NCBI GenBank assembly: GCA_965219685.1
Contig: CBDCOH010000002.1
Span: 3,008,001 to 3,072,000, forward strand
From: Candidatus Spongiisociaceae bacterium
GTDB lineage: Bacteria > Actinomycetota > Acidimicrobiia > Spongiisociales > Spongiisociaceae
DNA length: 64,000 nt
Direction of reading: 5' to 3'
Shown one piece after another: positions 10,087 to 22,159 of the stretch; within the stretch, counting starts at the first letter, position 1, and every line of letters starts with the position of its first letter. Made by a program: the position numbers and the translations under genes. The notes beneath the pieces are model-generated. The model was not told the DNA's origin. It did not search any database and saw nothing but the letters and a program-made list of their open reading frames with translations.

Positions 10087-12390
10087 ATGGACCGCAGTCG
10101 TGTAGCGCTAATGGGTCTGCTGGTTGCCGTGTCTCTGGGTTGGGTGAGTGGCGTCGCAGCGTCGCCGGGGGAAGGGTTTTCTGACAGTGCTGGGAGTGTC
10201 CACCGTCCCGGGATCGACGCCTTGGGCGATCTGGATGTGTTCGAGGGCACGGAGTGTGGCGAAGGATTGTTCTGTCCCCAGGATTCGATCCATCGCTGGG
10301 TGATAGCCGTGTGGCTGGTGCGGGTACTGGACGAGGTACCTGTCGTAGCGTCGGGCGGTTCCCGGTTCGCTGATGTGGATCCGGAACGGTGGTGGGCGCC
10401 ATATGTAGAGCGGCTTGCCGAACTCGGTGTCACCCAGGGCTGCGCAACTGAACCTCTTCGCTTCTGCCCGGACCAGGCAGTAACCAGGGCACAGATGGCA
10501 ACCTTTCTAGTCGGAGCGTTCGGACTGGAAGAGGCCCACGCAGCGGGGTTTGCGGACACATCGGGCAATATCCACGAGTCGAGCATCGACGCCTTGGCAG
10601 CAGCGGGGATCACAGCCGGCTGCGCTACCGGTCCGCCCCGGTTCTGCCCCAACCAGCCCGTCACGCGAGGCCAGATGGCTACTTTCCTCGCTCGGGCCAC
10701 CGGGCTCGTCGAGGTGCCCGACCCGGCTGCTGAACCGTCGGGGAAGTTTGCAGCGGTTGCTTCGGGTTACCACCACACGTGTGGGCTTCGTGTAGAGGGA
10801 ACCATCGCATGTTGGGGTACGAACTGGTTCGAGGATGTGGTGTCACCCGAAGGCTTGTACACCGCGGTTACGGTCGGTCGCAATCACTCGTGTGGACTGG
10901 GTGTCGACCATACGGTGACCTGTTGGACCGGCTACCGGTCGAGTAGCGGCGTACCTGATGGGGAGTTCACCACCATTTCGACCTCTGCCGGAGGCTTCCA
11001 TTCGTGCGGCCTGCGCAAAGACCAGACGGTTGCATGTTGGGGTTCTAACGGTGAGGGACAGACAGACTCACCTGAGGGGCAGTTCATGGCGGTCACCGCC
11101 GGTGAGAGGCACTCGTGCGCGCTACGCACGGACGGGACCGCCACATGCTGGGGCTGGGACAAGGCCGGGGCTACCAACCCACCGGGGGGTGTGTTCACTT
11201 CGATCTCGTCGGGTGGGAGCATCGACGGTGGTCACACCTGCGCGCTGAAGCCCGACCAAACCGCGGTCTGTTGGGGTAACAACTCGAAGGGGCACGGGTT
11301 CGTCTCCGGGCAAACAGATGCACCCAGAGGCAAGTTCATCAGCGTCACGGCGGGCTACGACCACACATGCGGGATCCGCCCCGACCGCTCCCTGACCTGC
11401 TGGGGCAACAACCCCTACGGTGGCACCGACGCCCCCGCCGGAGAGTTCACAGCGGTGTCGCCCGGGTTCTGGTACACATGCGGGTTGCGAACCGACGAGA
11501 CCATCACCTGCTGGGGACATGACCATCTGAGGGCGACCGCTCCCCCGGACACCGACGAACAGTTCACCGCTGTCGAAGTCAGTTCGGGATGGAACGGCGA
11601 CCACGCCTGTGCCCTAAAGACCGATCAGACGATCGTCTGCTGGGGCGCCGACACGGTCCGGAGGGAGAACCCACCCGCAGGGAAGTTCACCTCCCTCAGC
11701 AGCGGCCAACTACATACATGCGGAATCCGTACCGATGGCACCGTCACCTGCTGGGGTGGCTGGGGTCGCGTTACGACATGCATCATCTATTCCGATCGAA
11801 GCGACTGCCGGACCTATTGGGAACACGAACCACCGAAGGAACAATTCAGCGCTGTCAGCAGCGGCTACTCGTACTCGTGCGGCCTCCGCACCGATGGGAC
11901 CGTCGCCTGCTGGGGAACAACCGGGCGCGGGTCTCCCACATCCGACATACCCGCCGAGACCTTTCCCATCTCCAGCGGACATGGACACTCCTGCGGGATT
12001 CGAGCCGACCAGACCGTCACCTGCTGGGGCACCATCGACGAGAAGGCACCCGAAGCACCCGACGGCAAGTTCGCCTCGATCTCTAGCGGTTGGCGATACT
12101 CGTGCGGGGTCCGCACCGACCAAACCGTCACCTGCTGGGGCAACCATCGACAAACCGAAAGACTCGACGGAGCCTTCACCGCGGTGGCCGCCGCGGGAGA
12201 ATACCCATGCGGGATCCGTACCGACGGAACCGTCACGTGCGACCACTGGCGCTTCAATGCGCCCGAAGGGACCTACACAGCAATCTCGGGCGGCTACGCC
12301 CAATTCTGCGGCATCCGTATCGACGGAACCATCAACTGCTGGGGCCGGGTCCCGGTACCGCCCCCCGACGGTGTCAACTGGATTACCTAA
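10087..12390 (+). CDS. SLH-domain + RCC1-like repeat surface protein
   Basis: Signal peptide; SLH motifs (FCPDQAVTRAQMATFL); many F.AVSAG..HTCGLRTD.T..CWG repeats. Confidence 0.9.
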   Translation: MDRSRVALMGLLVAVSLGWVSGVAASPGEGFSDSAGSVHRPGIDALGDLDVFEGTECGEGLFCPQDSIHRWVIAVWLVRVLDEVPVVASGGSRFADVDPERWWAPYVERLAELGVTQGCATEPLRFCPDQAVTRAQMATFLVGAFGLEEAHAAGFADTSGNIHESSIDALAAAGITAGCATGPPRFCPNQPVTRGQMATFLARATGLVEVPDPAAEPSGKFAAVASGYHHTCGLRVEGTIACWGTNWFEDVVSPEGLYTAVTVGRNHSCGLGVDHTVTCWTGYRSSSGVPDGEFTTISTSAGGFHSCGLRKDQTVACWGSNGEGQTDSPEGQFMAVTAGERHSCALRTDGTATCWGWDKAGATNPPGGVFTSISSGGSIDGGHTCALKPDQTAVCWGNNSKGHGFVSGQTDAPRGKFISVTAGYDHTCGIRPDRSLTCWGNNPYGGTDAPAGEFTAVSPGFWYTCGLRTDETITCWGHDHLRATAPPDTDEQFTAVEVSSGWNGDHACALKTDQTIVCWGADTVRRENPPAGKFTSLSSGQLHTCGIRTDGTVTCWGGWGRVTTCIIYSDRSDCRTYWEHEPPKEQFSAVSSGYSYSCGLRTDGTVACWGTTGRGSPTSDIPAETFPISSGHGHSCGIRADQTVTCWGTIDEKAPEAPDGKFASISSGWRYSCGVRTDQTVTCWGNHRQTERLDGAFTAVAAAGEYPCGIRTDGTVTCDHWRFNAPEGTYTAISGGYAQFCGIRIDGTINCWGRVPVPPPDGVNWIT

Positions 12391-12682
12391 ACCCGCCCGA
12401 GCGTTGTCCCCGACCACGCTCACACAGGACTCTCCCGCCGAAACCACCACAACCCGACGCCCAGTGAAGTCCGTTACGTCGTCGTCTTGCAGCGATCGTT
12501 ATCACTACAGCGGATGGACGGTTCGTTACCCGATCACGAGGGCTTGGGCTGGAATCCTCACTCTGCGCGAAACCACTCGTCCCGGGCGGAGTTTACCCCT
12601 GCCTCTTCGGACTGGTGGTCCACCAAACCGGGTCAACCTCAAACCCGAGTTTGGCGGGTTGGATGAACCGCCCCGGATGCTC

Positions 12683-13915
12683 CTATGTTTTGCAAATCGG
12701 TTTTGTGGTCGGGTCGGTGAGCCATTTCTGGTATCGGGTGGCGAGCTGGTGGTTGTGGTGGAGGCCTCGTTCGAGGAGCGAGAGGAGGGTGGGGTGGACC
12801 TGGAGGTGTTCGGCGGCGTCGGTGAGGGTTAGTCGGGTTTGGTGACGTTGGAGGCGGAGGTCGTTGCCGTCGGGTGTTGCGGACGGTTTGGTTAGTAGGT
12901 GGTAGATCTCGCGTGCGATGTGCCGTTTCAGGCAGCGGATGATCTCGCGGCGAGTTTTGCCTTCGGCTTTGCGTCTGCGGGTGTATTCGATGGTGCGGGG
13001 GTCGGTGCGCATCCGGTTGGTGGCGATTCGCCAGAGAGCGTTGTTGGCTTGGCGGTCGCCGCCTCGGTTGAGCCGATGCCGAACTATCTGTCCCGATGAT
13101 GCTTGGACGGGGCTGAGGGCGCATAGTGCCGCGAAGGACCGTTCCGATTTCATGCGTTGGGGGTTGTCGCCGGCGGCGACTAGGAGTGCTGCAGCGCTGT
13201 GGGGGCCCACTCCGGAGGCGGCTAGGAGCGCCGGGTTGGCCTTGGCGCAGAGACGGCGGATCTCGGTGTCGAGTTCGGCTATTTCTGTGTCGAGGGTCCG
13301 GTATCGGCGGGCCAGGTGCCGCAGCGCCTTTTTCGCGTACGCGGTGGTGGTCTGCGCTTCGCCGGGACGCCAGCGGACACAGATTCTGACCATCGCTTGG
13401 ATACTGGAGCCCCGGAGCCGATGTTTGACCTGCTCAGGGGCGGTTGTGAGGAGGGCGTGGATCTGGTTGGCGGCCTGGATGCGTGCTTTGACCGCTGAAC
13501 GGCGAGCCATCCGAAGCATTCTTATCCCTTCTACGGGTCCGTCCCCGCCTTTGGGTCGCCCGGTGGCATCTCCGCTGAGGGCAGCTCGGGCTGCGGCCTC
13601 GGCGTCGACGGTGTCGGTCTTGCCCCTGAGACGACGCAGCTGGCGGTTGGGACGCATGACCTCCACCACCTCGATGTCGGCTCGGGTCAGATAACGAGCC
13701 AGGCCGGCGCCGTAACTACCGCATCCTTCCACACCGACCTGAACCGGCTGCCCCCAGGAGCGAAGCCACTCCTCCAGCTGCGCGTATCCCGCCGCATCAG
13801 CCCTGAACTGCGCCGACCCCAGTAGGCGACCCGTGTGATCCAGCACCGCTCCAACGTGGACATCCCGATGGGTATCAACCCCTCCATACACATCGACCTG
13901 GTCTTGTTCCGGCAT
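12683..13915 (-). CDS. IS110 recombinase with C-terminal XRE-like HTH
   Basis: GGVDTH, VGVEG, KTDTVDAEAAA (DEDD); ASSG catalytic serine; GGDRQAN; HTH-like tail. Confidence 0.92.
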   Translation of the reverse strand: MPEQDQVDVYGGVDTHRDVHVGAVLDHTGRLLGSAQFRADAAGYAQLEEWLRSWGQPVQVGVEGCGSYGAGLARYLTRADIEVVEVMRPNRQLRRLRGKTDTVDAEAAARAALSGDATGRPKGGDGPVEGIRMLRMARRSAVKARIQAANQIHALLTTAPEQVKHRLRGSSIQAMVRICVRWRPGEAQTTTAYAKKALRHLARRYRTLDTEIAELDTEIRRLCAKANPALLAASGVGPHSAAALLVAAGDNPQRMKSERSFAALCALSPVQASSGQIVRHRLNRGGDRQANNALWRIATNRMRTDPRTIEYTRRRKAEGKTRREIIRCLKRHIAREIYHLLTKPSATPDGNDLRLQRHQTRLTLTDAAEHLQVHPTLLSLLERGLHHNHQLATRYQKWLTDPTTKPICKT

Positions 13916-13929
13916 GCGCTCTGCCTCCC

Positions 13930-14155
13930 CTCTCCTTGTGTCGGAATAGGCTTGTGCGGCAGCGCCGGTCCGAAGCGGGTGGACAAAACACTCAGGGTGT
14001 GGGGAAGAAACGACCAAAGCTCCTATGAGGTCACATCCGCTCCGGGCTGGCTGCCCGTACCCCCCGACCGGTGCCCGGCCGACAGATCCGGGGTAAGGCA
14101 CCACAGCCAGTTTCCCGGTGGGTCAGACCAGGCCCCGGTCGAGGTCCCCTTAAGT
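13930..14155 (-). ncRNA. Putative bridge RNA of IS110-A (boundaries approximate)
   Basis: Guide-like segments CCGGGAAAC and ACCCCGG match the target flanks; CATAGGAGC and TGAGTG match the element's own ends. Confidence 0.75.
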
Positions 14156-14183
14156 ATGAGTGTTTCTCCGGAGACTCGATTAG

Positions 14184-15443
<1,260 letters not shown>

Positions 15444-15559
15444 ACCACTCTCCGGCAAACCCGGGGCGGTTCAGTGGGAGGGATGGTTAGGGGCGTTCGG
15501 GGCGTGTGTGGCTGGGGTTTGGGTGGTTGGTTCCGTTTGCGGGGGCCTGTTGGGTGGGT

Positions 15560-16891
15560 TCAGCAGCGCTGGGGCAGCGTCCGGAGGTTAGCGAGGGTGG
15601 TCTGGTAGGTGTGCGCCCAGGGCCATCGGGCGGGTAGTCGCAGTATGGGGCGTCCGCTGTGGTTGACCACCCGTGCGGGAATCCCGAAGATGCGGGTGCG
15701 GATGGTGCGTCCACGGATCAGCCGCCCGGCCGGCTGTGTTCGTCCCAAGATGGCTATCCAGCGGTAGAGGTTATGCGCTAGAGCGGCGCAGAGAAGCCAG
15801 GCCTGGTTAGCGGCGAACCGTCCCGATGGTAGATGAGCGAGACCCCCGGAGTCTTTGAGGTCGCGGATGGCGAGTTCGCAGACCGCATGGTGTCGGTGGT
15901 GGCGGTCCGCTTGTGGGGCAGGCGCATGCGAGTTGGTCACGAACGCGTGGTAACGCCAGTCGGGCCAGAACTCTTGCTGGGCGCCGGTGAGGCGGGTGCG
16001 GCGCACCACGAGGCGTACTCGGCGTTTCTGCTTACGTTTGCGGGGGTTGGTCATCTCAAGTGTGGTTTCCCCAACTTGTGCCCGGCCGCCTTCGGGATAG
16101 TCGATATCTGCCCAGTCGTCTTCGTCGATAGCCGCTATAGCGGCTAGGACATGGCGGAGTTGTGGGCAGGTGATCGACCAGCCCACCCCGAGGTGGTCCA
16201 AGGTTGCCAACATGGCATAGGACCAGAAGCCCGAATCGGCCCGAACCTCGATCCGTCCCCGAGCCCCGGCCCGTCGCGCGCACCGGATCGTCTCCTGCGC
16301 GAAATGGGCCACACCCCGCCGCGATGCTCCGGCCCTTAGCCGGGCACCCACCGCCTCTCCTGTATCGGCCCGGAACGCCAACAGCGGGTGATAACCCAAC
16401 TCTTTGGTGTACCCATAGGAGGCGCCCTCCTTGCCCCTGCCAGACACTCCACAGATCGTCGAGTCCAAATCCAAGGTCAGCGGTCTCTTCCCCGGGCCGG
16501 CACCCGCTGCCCACGCACGACCCAGCGCCACGCCCAAAACCTTGTTCAACTGGCGGGTGTGGCCCCAGGTAAACGACCGCAGGAAAGTGCCCACCGTCGA
16601 AGGTGCCATCACCTCATGGGACAGCACCCGATGCGTCGACCCCGCCCGCAGCCGATCCACATGATCGATGTGAGAGCCCCCCACCAGCATCGCGGACACC
16701 AACGTCAAGGTCTTACGACCCGGCCGCGCGCCACCCACCCGACCGCCCAAACGGACCACGTCGTCCACCAACTCTTCCAACCCCAGACGGCTCATCAACG
16801 TCGACGCCGCCAACAGACCCCCATCGGCCACCAACCCCTCATCGTCGAAAACCACCTCATACCGGTCAACATTGTGCGATACTCCACTCAC
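15560..16891 (-). CDS. IS1380-family transposase
   Basis: LDLDST, GYHPL, RADSGF, ELAIRDLK, PSGRFAAN; IR-like CCTGGATCCACC upstream at about 17001-17012. Confidence 0.9.
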   Translation of the reverse strand: MSGVSHNVDRYEVVFDDEGLVADGGLLAASTLMSRLGLEELVDDVVRLGGRVGGARPGRKTLTLVSAMLVGGSHIDHVDRLRAGSTHRVLSHEVMAPSTVGTFLRSFTWGHTRQLNKVLGVALGRAWAAGAGPGKRPLTLDLDSTICGVSGRGKEGASYGYTKELGYHPLLAFRADTGEAVGARLRAGASRRGVAHFAQETIRCARRAGARGRIEVRADSGFWSYAMLATLDHLGVGWSITCPQLRHVLAAIAAIDEDDWADIDYPEGGRAQVGETTLEMTNPRKRKQKRRVRLVVRRTRLTGAQQEFWPDWRYHAFVTNSHAPAPQADRHHRHHAVCELAIRDLKDSGGLAHLPSGRFAANQAWLLCAALAHNLYRWIAILGRTQPAGRLIRGRTIRTRIFGIPARVVNHSGRPILRLPARWPWAHTYQTTLANLRTLPQRC

Positions 16892-17049
16892 AGGAAGTGC
16901 CTCCCGATTCTGGACCTAAACCACTTTCGCTAACGGTTATTGTCCCAGATCAGAGGTACTTTCCACGTCTATACCACCCCCCAACCCAAACACCCACCCG
17001 GTGGATCCAGGCTAAGCCGGTGTCGACCCATCTGCTGGGTCGTCACCGT

Positions 17050-17170
17050 CGGCAGATTCCCGACCGGCTGTGTTGGGGGATGCTGATACGGTTGGTGACG
17101 GGCTGTCTCCCGTGGTGCTCCTCCACGGCGTTGAACAGGTCGCTGCGGGCCTTGTCGCCCTCTGTGAGCG
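17050..17170 (-). pseudogene. IstB-like remnant
   Basis: PLT...ARSDLFNAVEEHHGRQP resembles the central IstB segment. Confidence 0.45.
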
Positions 17171-17279
17171 GGTGGGCGATGATCGTATCCCGGCCGTTCG
17201 TCAGTGATTTGGCGTACCTCTCGGTTGTGTACTGCAGGTTCTGGCCGCCGAACTTCGTGCGGAGCGCTTCCTTGAGGCC

Positions 17280-19466
17280 GTGGCGGCTACCCTCGCCAGG
17301 GTTCTTCTGGGGAGTGGAGTATTGAGGCATAAGCGGCCTATCGGCCAGTCGACCTTTCGGGTGAGGGTGCTTCCGGCGCGTGCTGGGTACCTGACAAGAC
17401 CGAACGATGCGTGCGGCGTGGTCGAAGCGATTCGGGAGGCTTCGACGCGTTGGGCGGGCTATTCCGAGCCGATCATCCCTGTCCCGGCCGAGGATGCGGT
17501 TGATGGTTGGTGGCTTCAAACGTTGGAAACCGCCGAAGTGGACGGGTTGGTCAACGTCAACGTCGACGCTGACGTTGACGCTGCCGCAAAGGTCGCTAAG
17601 ACGCTCGGTCTACCGGTTGCCGACTTGGCGGACATCGACAAATCCGGACGGACGCAGTTCACTACCCATCCCGCGAACCTGCAGCAGACACGAACGGGGT
17701 TCGTTTACCAGCCGGCTGTGCTGGCTAGGGACGATGGTGCCCTGTGGGAGAAGGCAGCCGCCGGTGATCTCACCGCTGAGCAAGAAGCAGACTGCGAGGG
17801 CGCGTCGGTACCGGTGTGCCGACCGAGAACCGCAGACCTGATCGGTCGGGCGCAACTCGACGAGACGTGTTGGCTCGATGTCGGAGCGGCCCATTTCGCC
17901 GAACACCGAATCGTGGGCGGTCCGTTAGCTGCACCGATGATTATCTGGGTAACCGAACCCGACAGCGTCGAGGACTGTGTGTACTTCTGGAACCTCCGCG
18001 CTCTACGGTCCCGTCGTCTCAGGCCTGCGCCGTTGCTGCTCTTACCCGCAGAGCAGGTCTTCCGCTGGACAGGCTTCGCTGATGCCGTCGCTGACCGCCT
18101 CTCAAGGCCCGAGCACATCGAACCCGATGTCGTATTGAGCTCTTTGTCTGTCGAGCCGGACCAGCTCGACGAGATCGCCGGACTGCTCCGTCTCGTCAAG
18201 TCGACAGAACCGCCGGGGTCCAAGATCCAGTTCCCACCGCCGCCCCTAAAACATGCACCGTTCACATACAGGTGGGACATTGCCCCCCGAAGCTACTTCC
18301 GTTTCCCGAGGAGATACGGCGAGCCGACCGATGCGCTCGTGCAGGTCTACCGCGACAGCACCGTGGTCGAAGTCGACTCACCTGCACAGTTCACAGGCGG
18401 TGGTCGCGTCCTGGTTCGTGTCTCGTCCTCCACTTTCGACGGCCTACCAAAACGGCCCACCACCGCATCTTTGATCATGGACGACGCGTCCTGGTCCGAG
18501 GACGAACTCGAACTTGCCATGTATGCACAGAACAGATACCGCCTCGAGTTGCGTGTACCCTCGTTGCGCGACGCTGCTTGGGCGCTCCTGAAGAACCGAA
18601 CTGCCCAAGCGGTACTCTCAGCCAAGGGACAGTTGGCGCACCGCCTCAAGGAGCTCGGCGCCGCCGAGGTGCTCTTACAGGACAGCGTGATCCAAGTGAT
18701 CGAGTCCCTGCGTACACGCCGTTCGCAAGACTTGGAACGTGCCCTGCAACAGGCCCTCGAGCACGTCTCACCGGAGGACGGACTCAGGGACCGTCTTGAG
18801 GAACTGGCGTCGGAATGGGGACAGCGATCCAAACGCCGCTTCCTACCGATCTCCCACATCAAGGGTCTCGGAGAAAACGCGGGGAGAGCCGTTGAACTGC
18901 TATGCAACCGATCATGGGCGGAGCGAGGCTTGAAGATCAGATGCGGCCAGTGCAGGATCCGCAGTTTCGTTCCACTTCCCGCGACCACACCAGAACCCCG
19001 ATGTCCCGCCTGTGGAGCAACAAACACACGTTTCGAACCAGCAGGCGGCAACCCGGACAGCGGCCCGGAGATGCACTACAGCCTCAACGCTCGGGTGGAC
19101 CGAGCAGCCGACCAAGGAGTCATCCCGCACCTTTTCGCCAACGCTATCCTGACGGCCGAAGACCCTCAGACGTTCCTGCTACTAGGAGTCGACGTAACGC
19201 TCGGGGATGGCAGGACGAAGGAAGTCGACCTCTACGGGATCACAGCAGGAACCGTCGTTGCTGGTGAAGCAAAAACGAACGCGGCAGAGTTCACCCCCGA
19301 ACAACTCACATCCGACATTCAACTTTCCGCCGCCCTGGCGGCCGACACCCACATGCTGGTAGCCACCGGAGAAATCCCCAGCGCCACACAAGAACAGGCC
19401 CGACAACTCGCAGAAGCGCAAGGCCTCAACCTTCTCCCAATCGACAGCCGACGCCTGACACCCTGA
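17280..19466 (+). CDS. Large hypothetical protein with Zn ribbon and C-terminal PD-(D/E)XK-like nuclease motif (start uncertain)
   Basis: CGQC...CPAC; KEVDLYG...AGEAKT. Confidence 0.7.
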   Translation: MAATLARVLLGSGVLRHKRPIGQSTFRVRVLPARAGYLTRPNDACGVVEAIREASTRWAGYSEPIIPVPAEDAVDGWWLQTLETAEVDGLVNVNVDADVDAAAKVAKTLGLPVADLADIDKSGRTQFTTHPANLQQTRTGFVYQPAVLARDDGALWEKAAAGDLTAEQEADCEGASVPVCRPRTADLIGRAQLDETCWLDVGAAHFAEHRIVGGPLAAPMIIWVTEPDSVEDCVYFWNLRALRSRRLRPAPLLLLPAEQVFRWTGFADAVADRLSRPEHIEPDVVLSSLSVEPDQLDEIAGLLRLVKSTEPPGSKIQFPPPPLKHAPFTYRWDIAPRSYFRFPRRYGEPTDALVQVYRDSTVVEVDSPAQFTGGGRVLVRVSSSTFDGLPKRPTTASLIMDDASWSEDELELAMYAQNRYRLELRVPSLRDAAWALLKNRTAQAVLSAKGQLAHRLKELGAAEVLLQDSVIQVIESLRTRRSQDLERALQQALEHVSPEDGLRDRLEELASEWGQRSKRRFLPISHIKGLGENAGRAVELLCNRSWAERGLKIRCGQCRIRSFVPLPATTPEPRCPACGATNTRFEPAGGNPDSGPEMHYSLNARVDRAADQGVIPHLFANAILTAEDPQTFLLLGVDVTLGDGRTKEVDLYGITAGTVVAGEAKTNAAEFTPEQLTSDIQLSAALAADTHMLVATGEIPSATQEQARQLAEAQGLNLLPIDSRRLTP

Positions 19467-19690
19467 ACCACCAAGGGCACGGATGCTGCCTACCGACGGC
19501 CCTTCAACGGCATCCAAGAGCCATTGGCGAACGGTCACGCCGTCGGCACAAACCGGCTGGCCGTCCAACAAACGGCTATAGACGATTACCGGCACATACG
19601 CCTAAAGGCTCACAGGCTCAGACCGCGTCGACGGTCGGATCGGAGTGACCGCACCAGGCGTGTACGCTCGCCCCTTCGTACGGCTCTGTT

Positions 19691-19744
19691 GGCCCTGCGC
19701 GAAAACACTCATACTTGTAGGGTCCTCTAAACCGGGGCGGTTCA
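19691..19744 (+). mobile_element. Composite scar: ISL3 left IR, IS110 left end, IS3 IR
   Basis: GGCCCTGCGCGAAAAC + ACTCATACTTGTAGGGTCCTC (identical to the IS110-D left end) + AAACCGGGGCGGTTCA. Confidence 0.8.
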
Positions 19745-19942
19745 AACAAACAAACAAACCACCATCAGCCAGGGCATGAGGAGACACCCCCAGCGCCAGT
19801 ACAACGCCAACGACCGCAACCACACCCGACAGCGCAACACACCGACGACCACCCGCACGATGAGCCCGTACCGTCACCAGCATCAACGCGAGACTACAAA
19901 GGCTTCCCTTGGCGTAGTCGGGTTGCCTCGCCTTATTGGGAC

Positions 19943-20310
<368 letters not shown>

Positions 20311-20391
20311 GACACTCGGTAGCCCCCGGCTCGGATACTCCCCCTACCGCGCGCTTGATCCGCCGCTCGGTGGCACGGGCTACATGATCCG

Positions 20392-20835
20392 TCAGAACTC
20401 CTCCGTCGGGGCTGGTGCTGGGTCGACACAGACATGGACGACCGGCCTCGATTCGTCGAGGTTTTTCGGCAGGTCAGCCAGCTGACTCACTTTACGCAGC
20501 TTGGTCTCAAGACCCCTGATTCGGCAGATCAGATCCGACACCTGTTCGTCGTCGCAGTAGACGATCCCCTTCATCGCGTCCAGGATCGGCTTTGCGAGGT
20601 TGTCTACGTCACGCGCTTCGCCCGGGTCCCGCTTGGTGAAGTAGGTGATCGTGACGGCAATCGGGCTGGAGGTTGGAAGCGGATCAGCGTTCCACTTTTG
20701 GCTGGCCGCCTTGTTCACCTGTTCCTTCCACCGGTTCCGCCGTTCCGTGTCGCGAGCTTGCTGCGAGACGGCAGGACCCTCAACGACGAAGGCGAAGGGC
20801 TTCGGCGTGGCGGGTGTAATGTCCATCTTCTTCAT
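20392..20835 (-). CDS. RusA-family endonuclease
   Basis: DVDNLAKPILDAMKGIVYCDDEQV. Confidence 0.8.
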   Translation of the reverse strand: MKKMDITPATPKPFAFVVEGPAVSQQARDTERRNRWKEQVNKAASQKWNADPLPTSSPIAVTITYFTKRDPGEARDVDNLAKPILDAMKGIVYCDDEQVSDLICRIRGLETKLRKVSQLADLPKNLDESRPVVHVCVDPAPAPTEEF

Positions 20836-21665
20836 CCTCGCCCTGTGTGAACAGTCCCGAAGTATGGACCGGCTCACCGGTGTCAGCCAAACGGGCTCTT
20901 GGTAGCTGCACGAGGGCCACGCACAGGCTCATGAGTTCGATGCCTCGGCCCGTACTGAGTTGTCGAAGGTGGCGGCGGAGGTGTTGGCGATCGTTGAAAT
21001 TCCCCAGGCCGGACATACCGGCACCGAACAGCCACCCAATCCTGTACCCACCCAACATGGGATGGCAACCACCCTTAGCCGGGGAAGGCAACATCCGGAG
21101 GGGTGGCTGCCTGTCAGCACTGGTCGTCTACAGTGCTTGGCCGCAGGACCGCTGCTGCCGCAGTAGCAACCTAACGCGCTTCTACAGCAGCTTACAGGCC
21201 AGCGCTGCCCCTAGCTGATGGCGATCACTGAGGTCCCCCAGAGTTGATCACAAGATTCCCCACCATCTGCTGCGGATTCGTCGTCGCGGTGAGAGCCGTT
21301 TCAACCATCGCCGCTCCCGTGTACATGTCGCGGATGAGACGGACGCCTCCCCGCTGGACCCGCACGGCCGGGGTACCGACAGGCTCGCCACCCTACGAAA
21401 CCGCTGTCTTTGTCCGTTTTCTACGGTCACCCCGGCCAGCTGTGGTGAACGACGCCGGCCTGACCTTCTTCAGGGCTGGAGTGTGCTGGGGAGGCCGAAC
21501 CCTGCCCTGACCGCGCTCCATTATGAGCGAGTTTCGACGGTCGTCAACAACGCCACGAGCGCCGTGTTGGTGCCTAGGCCCTGTCCGCATGGCCCGCCGC
21601 ATGGCGACGCGTTCGTGTTCCGTTGACGCAGTGCATGACCTAGCAGATAGCGGGCCGGTGTGTGC

Positions 21666-22010
21666 TCATCCCCAGAAGATGCAGGTGGGGTCCGCGTCGA
21701 CCTCGATAAGTAGCTCGTCGATGTACGGTGTCGGCTGGGCGAGGCTGTAGTGATGGAACCGGAGGTTGCGGTCGCGGTAGTAGAGGGACCATTCGTTGCG
21801 GGCCTTGGTGTAACGGAAGCGGCAGATCGGCCAACGGGTCCATTCGGGGCCGAGATCGTCGTGCCACGGGGGTCTGCATTCCACAACAGTGATCGCTCGG
21901 GGGGAAACATCGATCTCGTAGCGGATCAGGTCCCTCGCCCGGAGGGGAAGAGCGGCGTTGCGTCCCTCGATCCACTTCCGGACCTGGGCGAGCGCAACGT
22001 CGGGTACCAC
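21666..22010 (-). CDS. DUF3024-family protein
   Basis: PICRFRYTKARNEWSLYYRDRNLRFHHY...DPTCIFWG. Confidence 0.8.
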   Translation of the reverse strand: MVPDVALAQVRKWIEGRNAALPLRARDLIRYEIDVSPRAITVVECRPPWHDDLGPEWTRWPICRFRYTKARNEWSLYYRDRNLRFHHYSLAQPTPYIDELLIEVDADPTCIFWG

Positions 22011-22159
22011 AGTGTTGATCGTAGGGACCCGCCAGACAAGGAGGTCAGTTGCCGCCGTGGGCACACACCGGCGCAGCTACCTGGCGCCAAATAGAACGGT
22101 CTCTGCTCAACCCGGAACGGTTGAGCAACGCTCCAAGGTAGACAGGCGGCTACTTGCTT

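Larger units (their letters stand above)
12677..14162 (-). mobile_element. IS110-family element A
   Basis: Left end CACTCATAC and right end CATAGGAGCAT shared with the other copies; recombinase CDS inside. Confidence 0.92.

Noticed and set aside
12644-12658. IS1634-type IR CCCGAGTTTGGCGGG
   Set aside because: Orphan end with no transposase or partner IR; treated as a scar.
20880-21520. Short ORFs and possible IS or HNH remnants
   Set aside because: Too degraded to assign.
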